From IMG/VR virus record IMGVR_UViG_3300049847_000435, positions 22,103 to 86,102 of that record: a stretch of DNA of 64,000 bases; one strand, 5' to 3'. Within the stretch, counting starts at the first letter, position 1; every line of letters starts with the position of its first letter. This DNA comes from a virus. The notes under the pieces are model-generated. The model did not search any database and was not told the origin of the DNA. It saw only the letters and a list, made by a program, of their open reading frames with translations. Both the position numbers and the translations under genes were made by a program. Below are positions 56,718 through 64,000 of the stretch, in pieces.

Positions 56718-59600
56718 CTACCATGTGTAGATCGGAATCGCCCGATCCGTTGAACTGCCATCAATACGACAAAGGATTTTTCCGTAATACGCACCCAAAG
56801 CCGCTGTACTGAACTTCATAGACTCAAATTTTATGTATGCCTTGTATGACAAACTTGTTGCCGCCGACCTGAATTCAAACCAATTGTCTCCGTCTGGTGC
56901 TGATTGCAGTGTGAGCGTCGTTTTGTTCGTGTTACTGCTAAAATCTGGTGCATGAGTTTGTAAAACAATCTGCGTATATTCGCCAGAGCTACCACTATAC
57001 TCCTGCTCGATCAATGTTCTGCGGGCGATTGAGCTTGGTAGGTAGCCATTGTACGCACCGGAATACATCGTCAAATAGCCTTGATGGATGGCACTTGCAG
57101 TATTATAGCCAAATGCACTATTGCTCGTTTGCTCGGTGAGAGTTAATCCGCTACTGTTTAACGTCGTGTAGACCGTTCCGCTGACGTTCGTGCGAATTGT
57201 TCCGGTCACGTCTAATGTGCCGCTAATCCGACTACCGCCACTGTCAAACTCGGCAACCGTTGACGTTCCATAGCCAAGCGAAATTAGCGGCTTGCTACTG
57301 ACACCATTCCGATCAAAGCGCAACCAGCCGCCGTTGCTAGACCCGTATCGCCCAAATTGAATGTCACCAGAATCAAGCGTCGATCCTCCCCACGACTTAC
57401 CGTCTACGCCGCTGACGCCAAGCACGGATAGACCAGCGGTATCGTACATCCAAAGACCTTCGGCATCTCCCCATACCAATCCATTTCCATTCCTGAAATG
57501 AAACACGCTCGTTTCGGAGAACACCGGAGCATCACTTTCGTAGATAGCTAAAATTTCACTGGCTGTCACAGCCCGATTGCATAGCACGAAATCATCAACA
57601 ATCGTATCAGACGGGTTCGCACCATATGAGCCGACCGTCCACGTACTGCTTGCCGCCGTTCCCGACGTTGTGGTTCCGACCAAAACACCATTACGGTATG
57701 CCGTTCGTGATGTTCCATCCGCTACCAGAACATAATGATTCCAACCGTCTTCCGGGGCGGATGCCGTAATTGTTCCGATTACATCGCTATTGCCAGAGTT
57801 GTAATAAATGCCATTCGTATCCGCGTTGCTCGAAAAAAGGTAGCCCCAACTATGGGCTTGACTTGCTTCTCGCCACGCCCAGATCATCGCTGTCCATTTG
57901 TCGCCTACGGCAACATTGTTGTACGTGATCGAACCAGATGCTGATGTCGTGCTAGAACTGGCGTGAGCCGTACCGCTCCATGCATAATCGCCTCCAAAAC
58001 TGCCGTCGAAATAAGCCGTCATATAGCCACGTTTTTCATACTGTGCCGCATCTGCGTACATATATGTCGATCCGGATGAAAATGGCAGAAAGGCAAGGCG
58101 ACACGCAGAGTAATTTATTCCAGAACTGTTTGTTGCAGTTATTGATATTCGCTGCCAAACATTGGTAAGCACAACTTCCCGGTATCCTCTAAAATTTTCA
58201 CCTGCATCTTCAAAAACAATGCGCCACGTACCCAATCCACGGACATAAACGGACACAGTTACAGTTTCGCCATTGTTCCATGCGAACGTCGAATCGGGCG
58301 CATGGAAATGTTTTTGATTGTATACGTAGGTACTCGCCGCAGTGCTTGCCATGAATAGCGAATAGCTTCCGACTTTAGAATAGGTTGTCGCTCGTATAAT
58401 CGTTAACTGACTGCTACCGTCATACTGCTCAACCCATCCAGACATGTTTGTCTCGCCGGATGGGTTGGGGCATCCATTCGTTGTCACACTATTGCATTGC
58501 AACCCTTTGCCGAATTTTGCTTCCTGAAATGTTACCGCTCCCGTTTTTGTTCCCGGCTGCCCCATATGTCCGTTCGGCTCTCCCGAAAAATTTGTGACGT
58601 ATGGTTCCGCTCCATCGAAATGCGCAATCAGAGCAGCGTCTTTTAGTTGGATTGCATGTTTCCCCACAATCCAACCCTGCGCCCGCAGATTCCCAGCTAC
58701 GTCCAAATCAAACTGCGCATCAGGAGCGCAGTTAACGCCAACGTTCGTGCCACTAGCATCGACAAATAAAATGTTGCTGCCCACCGTTAGATCACCGCCG
58801 CTGGTGACGTTGACGTTTCCCTTCGATGTTAGTGTAGCGAGCGTTAATCCGCCCGAAGTTGTGCTTTTCAGTAATGACTCCGCCGGAGTCGTGCCAACAT
58901 CTGCGCTTGCTGTAACAGCGTGCGTGTGATTGGTCGCGCTACTGTTTGTGGATGTCGCGGTTAATGAGCCTGGAACATTAAGCGTGATCGCCTGATTGCC
59001 AGTTAATGCCCCGCCACCACCCAAAGCGCCTGCGCCAGTTACCGTTATAGCTGACCGTGCAATCGTGCTGTCGATGGCGTGCGTGTGATTAGCCGCGCTG
59101 CTATTTCCAGATGTAGCGGTCAGTGATCCAGGCGTGTTTAATGTAATCGCCTGGTTTGAAGATAACGCCCCACCCCCACCCAGCGCGCCCGTGCCAGTGA
59201 CAGATGTGGTTAGCAGAACGTATTTGGCATCGCTTTCCGTTTCTGTGTAATAGCGGGTATCCATCTGGCCCGCATCCATTTGCGACTTTGTGTAGTAGCG
59301 CGTATCCGCTTCTGGAAAAGTGATACCACTTCCGCCACTAGACGATCCGCCGCCACTCACCACAGATACGCCACCACCAGAACGCAACTCGTAACGCGCC
59401 GAGGCAGGGCGTCCCGCGTTAACGACTTCCACCACGCCGCTCGAACCGTCCGGTAACGTCGCATTGGCAAGATTGCCATCAATGGCGACGTGTCGCGTGC
59501 CTACCGCAGCCGCAACCCTGGATTCCACCTTCTTCTCGTACTTGCCGTCAATGGCTTGTCGGATTTTCTTTTTTGCGTTCTGCAACTCGAAATTAGCCAT
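56718..59600 (-). CDS. tail fibre / receptor-binding protein with CBM-like and LamG domains
   Basis: DTRYYT repeats, GALGGGGAL and HTH repeats, NPSGETN...AQYE...YFDG, WNHYVLV. Confidence 0.75.
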   Translation of the reverse strand: MANFELQNAKKKIRQAIDGKYEKKVESRVAAAVGTRHVAIDGNLANATLPDGSSGVVEVVNAGRPASARYELRSGGGVSVVSGGGSSSGGSGITFPEADTRYYTKSQMDAGQMDTRYYTETESDAKYVLLTTSVTGTGALGGGGALSSNQAITLNTPGSLTATSGNSSAANHTHAIDSTIARSAITVTGAGALGGGGALTGNQAITLNVPGSLTATSTNSSATNHTHAVTASADVGTTPAESLLKSTTSGGLTLATLTSKGNVNVTSGGDLTVGSNILFVDASGTNVGVNCAPDAQFDLDVAGNLRAQGWIVGKHAIQLKDAALIAHFDGAEPYVTNFSGEPNGHMGQPGTKTGAVTFQEAKFGKGLQCNSVTTNGCPNPSGETNMSGWVEQYDGSSQLTIIRATTYSKVGSYSLFMASTAASTYVYNQKHFHAPDSTFAWNNGETVTVSVYVRGLGTWRIVFEDAGENFRGYREVVLTNVWQRISITATNSSGINYSACRLAFLPFSSGSTYMYADAAQYEKRGYMTAYFDGSFGGDYAWSGTAHASSSTTSASGSITYNNVAVGDKWTAMIWAWREASQAHSWGYLFSSNADTNGIYYNSGNSDVIGTITASAPEDGWNHYVLVADGTSRTAYRNGVLVGTTTSGTAASSTWTVGSYGANPSDTIVDDFVLCNRAVTASEILAIYESDAPVFSETSVFHFRNGNGLVWGDAEGLWMYDTAGLSVLGVSGVDGKSWGGSTLDSGDIQFGRYGSSNGGWLRFDRNGVSSKPLISLGYGTSTVAEFDSGGSRISGTLDVTGTIRTNVSGTVYTTLNSSGLTLTEQTSNSAFGYNTASAIHQGYLTMYSGAYNGYLPSSIARRTLIEQEYSGSSGEYTQIVLQTHAPDFSSNTNKTTLTLQSAPDGDNWFEFRSAATSLSYKAYIKFESMKFSTAALGAYYGKILCRIDGSSTDRAIPIYTW

Positions 59601-62377
59601 TACTGTTCGTCCGAATAGCGCTGAATCTCCACGCCCTGCACATTGGTCACACACACGCGATTACTGATCGTGTGTTGCACGTCGATCCTGATAATCCTGC
59701 GATCCGCGCCATTAAGCGTCGGGTCAATATCCCAGGTCACAAGATCGTTGTCTCCCGCCTCCATGTCTGGATAGCCATTGGCAGACTGTATCTGGATACC
59801 CCACGAGTAGCGTGCCTGTAAATATTTCTTTCCAGCCACCGTGGTGGCGATACTACTGTTAGGCAGCACAGCGTCATTGAGTGTTACTACCTTTCCATTC
59901 CCATCCGGGGTTGCCGGGTAGTACACTTTCCCGCTCGCGCTGCCGTCTGCGGCAGCCCAGGGCAAAACCACCTGAGAAATCCTGTCGTTATAGGAGGATG
60001 CGAATTGCGGACTAATGGCGGTTGAGCGGGACCATGTTTTTTGCTCAACAAACACATCGTTTGTCCAGAAGACATCATCCGTGATTTGAATCTTACTCAT
60101 CGCATCCACGAGGATGGTCAACGAGCCATAGTCGGCTAAATCCTCGATCACGGTCCACGCACCACCCTTTGCGGTTGTGTTGCGCTTCATATTCAAATTC
60201 GTGCTACTTTCAGCCCATGCGCCAGACGGCACGCCAACCGCGTCAAGAATGGCGACCACCACATCACCGCTATTTCCAGTCGTGATCACGGTAGAAGATT
60301 CAAATGTTGCCGGATCGACCGTAGCTGTAATGGCGTTCAGCCTTGCCCGTGATGGGTCGGTCGTCATCTTTTCGATCTCAATCAACACGTTCTTTGCCCG
60401 TCGGCTAATCGCCGAGCTTGTCCAGGTTGCCGCCACGTGACCGGATACCGAGATCGGCGTCACCCAATCCAATGTGTAGCTAGGCTCAGTTGGGTTGCGC
60501 GGCTTTTGGTATTTCGACGTGTAGAGTTTGAATTGTGTCGGGTAGGAAGTGCCCCCGCTACGCGCCCAACTCAGTTTGTTAATTAGATACGCGTCGGTGG
60601 CTACACCCGCATCTACCACATAGATCGGGTCGCCAGCAACATGCGCGGCTGCCGTCGTGCCATTTTGCGCACGCGCTGTAATGTTGATGGTCGCCGCGCC
60701 ATTGACGCTGACGGTCAACTGCTCGCTGCCGATCTGGATCGTAGTCGAACCGCTACGCGACAACCCAGCCGAGCTATCCCCGCCCGGCGTCGTCAGTGTC
60801 GTTGTGCCCGTGAACCCAGAGGTGATATCACTTTTTAAGCTCAACTGCATTGATGGCAGTTCGGTGAGTAACCATTCTTTTGCGCCACTGGCACCAATTT
60901 CATAGCCAGGAAAATGGATAATGTCGTATGTCCAGTTGTTTTTGGCCGTCGCCACATTCGTCCAGTTGTAGCGCAACGTGTACCCACTATTCGAGGATAG
61001 CGCGCTAATCGTTGTGCCCGGCCACGAGTAAGACGTGAATGTAGTTGTCCCAAACAAGAGCACACTGGCATTCGTAGCGGTTCCCCAAACGACGATGTGC
61101 AACCAGGCGTTCCCGCTTGGGCTAGTGCGAAAGATGCCGATGCTCCCACCTGCCACCGGGCGCTTCAAGAAGTCTGGCTGTCCGAGTTCGGTCAGGTCAA
61201 GAATCTGCGAAGCGCCGTTGTTTGGGTTTTCCTCCCCGAAGCGCGTCGCATTTTCGCAGATGATAAGCCTCTGCCCCGCTTGCAGGTCATTGATTAGCCC
61301 AGTAAGATCGAGTGTATTGGTTGCTTCCGTGCCGATAAAAAACACCCGCGGCCCCACCCAGGATTGAGCGGCTAAAAACGTGATTTCCATCCAACGATAG
61401 CCGTCTGGATAGCCCGCCGGGGGCGTCAGGTGCAATTGCGTGATCATCGCGCCATCGGAAAGGATGCGGCTGCCAGACAGGGCAATCGAATTATCGAGGA
61501 TGGTCGTACCGATACCGGGTCCACCAACCACATATTCAGTCCAGCCGGTGCCTATATACTTCTCACTGATCCACAAACTGCTGTTGTCATCGTCGGTCAC
61601 ATTGCCCGCGTCAAAGGATGGGTAGGCGGCAACGTAGTCGCCGCTTTGCCGCTCTTTCCATGCGCTTGCCAGGGTCGAACTTGCCTCTACCGTGCCAGAG
61701 CGCAACAAATTAATCTCACCTGCCACGATGACGGGAGCCTCGAAGGTGTTGATCATCTGCGCTGACGACACAATGCTGATACTCCAACGCGCTGAGTAAC
61801 CGTAGTCGTCCACGATATTCGCCTGGCTAATCCAGCCAAGTCGATAATTCGTCCAAGTGCCCACCGGGTCAGTTCGGGATTGAATGACAACGACGTGACC
61901 GGGTCGCAGTACGTTTTTAGGGGCGAGTACACCGCTAAGGCTCGCTGACCATGTCTTGACATTCCAGTTGTCGTTCAGCGTGCTGTTAATGCCAAGGTTG
62001 CCGTCATCGTAATTTTCGAGAGGGAACCAAAAGCGCACCGTCGCTCCGGAGGTGTGATTGCTGTTGTGCTCCACATTGTCGGCTGGTCTCACCAATGCAT
62101 TGAGCGAAGTCGCCGACTTGCCGTTGTACTTGCAATACTCCCAGCCTTCACCGCCTGCCGCTGGGCCAATCCACACCCCGCCAGCACTTGGAAATGAAGA
62201 GGCGCTGACAACATTTGCCGTAATTCCTGCCGAGGTGAGAGTAGATGAGAGTGTTGTAGAGTAAGCGAAATTATCAGTCCCGCCAGCGTTGATGGCAGAC
62301 CAGTTGTAGAAGTATGCGCTTGTATCTGGCAGCCATTGCGGCCCGACGTAAGCCCGAAATTCGATATATTCGCTCAT
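59600..62377 (-). CDS. minor tail / hub protein
   Basis: 925 aa after the distal-tail-position gene; RAQNGTTAAAH motif, discoidin-like segment. Confidence 0.7.
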   Translation of the reverse strand: MSEYIEFRAYVGPQWLPDTSAYFYNWSAINAGGTDNFAYSTTLSSTLTSAGITANVVSASSFPSAGGVWIGPAAGGEGWEYCKYNGKSATSLNALVRPADNVEHNSNHTSGATVRFWFPLENYDDGNLGINSTLNDNWNVKTWSASLSGVLAPKNVLRPGHVVVIQSRTDPVGTWTNYRLGWISQANIVDDYGYSARWSISIVSSAQMINTFEAPVIVAGEINLLRSGTVEASSTLASAWKERQSGDYVAAYPSFDAGNVTDDDNSSLWISEKYIGTGWTEYVVGGPGIGTTILDNSIALSGSRILSDGAMITQLHLTPPAGYPDGYRWMEITFLAAQSWVGPRVFFIGTEATNTLDLTGLINDLQAGQRLIICENATRFGEENPNNGASQILDLTELGQPDFLKRPVAGGSIGIFRTSPSGNAWLHIVVWGTATNASVLLFGTTTFTSYSWPGTTISALSSNSGYTLRYNWTNVATAKNNWTYDIIHFPGYEIGASGAKEWLLTELPSMQLSLKSDITSGFTGTTTLTTPGGDSSAGLSRSGSTTIQIGSEQLTVSVNGAATINITARAQNGTTAAAHVAGDPIYVVDAGVATDAYLINKLSWARSGGTSYPTQFKLYTSKYQKPRNPTEPSYTLDWVTPISVSGHVAATWTSSAISRRAKNVLIEIEKMTTDPSRARLNAITATVDPATFESSTVITTGNSGDVVVAILDAVGVPSGAWAESSTNLNMKRNTTAKGGAWTVIEDLADYGSLTILVDAMSKIQITDDVFWTNDVFVEQKTWSRSTAISPQFASSYNDRISQVVLPWAAADGSASGKVYYPATPDGNGKVVTLNDAVLPNSSIATTVAGKKYLQARYSWGIQIQSANGYPDMEAGDNDLVTWDIDPTLNGADRRIIRIDVQHTISNRVCVTNVQGVEIQRYSDEQ

Positions 62378-62721
62378 GCTAAAATGTCAATCGTCAGTTC
62401 CACTTCCCAATACCGCCCATACTTCAATCCGCTCGTCTTCGGCTTGCGCACAATCACGGTTGTATATGCCGTCTCCACCCACGTTCGGTTGGGCAGACGA
62501 GCCGCACAGCGCAGGGAAAGCGCGTCGACTAAAATCGTCTGCGTCCACCACTCGTAATCGGCTTTCGATAGGCTATTCCATGTCCAGGTCAGCGTTTTAA
62601 CGCGTGGGTCTATTGCCGTTCCCTGTCCATTTATCGCCAACGGTTCCCGATCTGGCGGAATGACGTTGCCGTTATCGTAAATTGTCTGCGGGATATTTAC
62701 CGCGTTGATTTGATAGGCCAT
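62374..62721 (-). CDS. distal tail protein-like
   Basis: 115 aa between tape measure and hub; LTWTWNSLS. Confidence 0.55.
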   Translation of the reverse strand: MAYQINAVNIPQTIYDNGNVIPPDREPLAINGQGTAIDPRVKTLTWTWNSLSKADYEWWTQTILVDALSLRCAARLPNRTWVETAYTTVIVRKPKTSGLKYGRYWEVELTIDILA

Positions 62722-64000
62722 TAGTCACCCGTAATTGCATCGGCTGTGGCTGTTACCACCTGAGCCGCAATCGTATCTACAATTTCTTGCCCGACATTGT
62801 TGTTTTTCTTTTGCATGGCGATCCGAATCCCGGCAATAATCAACTCGAAGACGTTGCCGCCGATGCTCTTGATTGATAGGACATTGGCTTCGGTGAAGAA
62901 CTGCCCGTTGATGAGCGCCACGATCTCCGTGCCAATGTCCGAGGTTGGAGCGTTTCGGATGCCACTATCGATTGCCCCGCGGATACCCGTGCCGATAGTC
63001 GCCAGCGCCAGCACGTTTTCAGGCGTGCCGAAATCGTTCGTTAGATCGGTAATGTAATCAGATGCCAAGCTGTTTACACCAGTATTCCCGTTTGCACTCG
63101 TGGCATTCCCGTTTTTCACAAGTGTGTTACCTAATCCGCCCAAACTCGTGACCGTTGACTCTGGCTTCGTCTTGACGAGCGTATCTAGTCGCTTCTGATA
63201 CTCGGCGATCTCCTGAGCGCTAGGCTCGCCGAGTATGGGCGTGATGATGGGTACAATGTCTTGCTCGATCTTCGTGCGCGCCAAGCCCTGTTCCTGTAGA
63301 GAAACTTCAATGATCGGGCTAATCGTCGGCGTTAATACGTCTCCGAGGTTATCCTTGATTATCGACATCTTGGCAGGGTCAGCGCTAATGACACCGTCAT
63401 CCGTGACCCATATTTTCGGTGTGAGCAACTTGCCAATGTTGGCGTTGATGGTTGCCATTACTTTCGGATCGGCACCGATAACGCCTTCGTCCGATAGTGA
63501 AATCTTAGGCGTCAACTGCCCGGCGAGCCGATCTTGGACAATCTTCGCATCGTCTGCGGTAAAGACAATCGACTGCGGTCCAAAGGTGAGCTTCGGTGTT
63601 ACCTGCCCGGCAAATCTATCGCGCACCAACTGTGCATCGTCGGCGGTAAAGATGAATGAATCCTTATTGATTGTGATTGAAATCTTTGGAGAGGGAAGGG
63701 TTGCCGAAGCCAGAAGCACAACGCTTTCAATATAGCCTTTAGGGATCGTCACATTCGGATAAGCGACATTCTCAAATAGCCCGATCTCTTTCAAATAGCC
63801 TTTGGGGATTGCCACATCTGGCGTTTTCGCGTCTTTCGCTATCGTAAATGTCGAAATGGTTGCCGTAAGCCTCACGTCCGGGTAAGCGACATCTTTCGCC
63901 ACCGAAAAACCGGTAATCGTTGCGCTTAGGTCAACCGCATTCCCCGTCAGGGCTTGGCCGTCGATGTTGATTGCGGGCGTCACGCCAGTCGCTGCGGCAC
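62721..64000 (-). CDS. tape measure protein, C-terminal part (truncated by window)
   Basis: ORF runs to the window edge; internal repeats; helical C-terminus; position. Confidence 0.6.
   Translation of the reverse strand, partial: AAATGVTPAINIDGQALTGNAVDLSATITGFSVAKDVAYPDVRLTATISTFTIAKDAKTPDVAIPKGYLKEIGLFENVAYPNVTIPKGYIESVVLLASATLPSPKISITINKDSFIFTADDAQLVRDRFAGQVTPKLTFGPQSIVFTADDAKIVQDRLAGQLTPKISLSDEGVIGADPKVMATINANIGKLLTPKIWVTDDGVISADPAKMSIIKDNLGDVLTPTISPIIEVSLQEQGLARTKIEQDIVPIITPILGEPSAQEIAEYQKRLDTLVKTKPESTVTSLGGLGNTLVKNGNATSANGNTGVNSLASDYITDLTNDFGTPENVLALATIGTGIRGAIDSGIRNAPTSDIGTEIVALINGQFFTEANVLSIKSIGGNVFELIIAGIRIAMQKKNNNVGQEIVDTIAAQVVTATADAITGD

Noticed and set aside
58900-59310. Duplicated segments in the tail fibre as DGR template/variable repeats
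   Set aside because: In-frame protein repeats with differences not confined to adenines; no reverse transcriptase in the window
1-64000. Stop-codon reassignment
   Set aside because: Genes are full length and densely coupled in the standard code; TAA, TAG and TGA all terminate genes

Overview
Part of a temperate tailed dsDNA phage genome in standard genetic code, probably in its excised (attP) state. The host is inferred, weakly, to be Chloroflexota. Layout: 0.2-17.4 kb (+) DNA modification and nucleotide metabolism (DUF5131/Gp37Gp68, MT-A70, thermonuclease, Cre-like tyrosine recombinase, several MTases, FtsK-like ATPase, dcd, thyX), ending in small and large terminase. 17.4-20.7 kb holds palindromic elements and tRNA-Met. 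20.7-28.2 kb (+) is a SNF2 helicase / PAPS-reductase-like / ParB / MTase module. 28.3-35 kb (-) carries recombination and accessory genes. 35-37 kb has an XRE regulator, an attP-like tRNA-Lys 3' half and an integrase. 37-46.5 kb (+) has replication initiator, DnaC-like loader, ParA and a second FtsK-like ATPase. 46.7-64 kb (-) has tail genes and a lysis-position cassette. Best findings: (1) a 224-nt group I intron, invisible in the ORF track, splits a virion-module gene and sits beside a convergent free-standing LAGLIDADG endonuclease; (2) the lysis-position cassette has a CHAT (caspase-like) membrane protease, a holin-like protein and an astacin-like metalloprotease but no recognisable muralytic enzyme; (3) a G8 tract frameshifts a ParB-MTase; (4) six dispersed AATRCGAAAACGTTTTCGYATT palindromes; (5) a 46-bp perfect palindrome flanked by mirror-image hairpins after terL; (6) a four-copy operator plus -10 promoter motif. 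All family calls come from motif recognition by eye; no searches were run.
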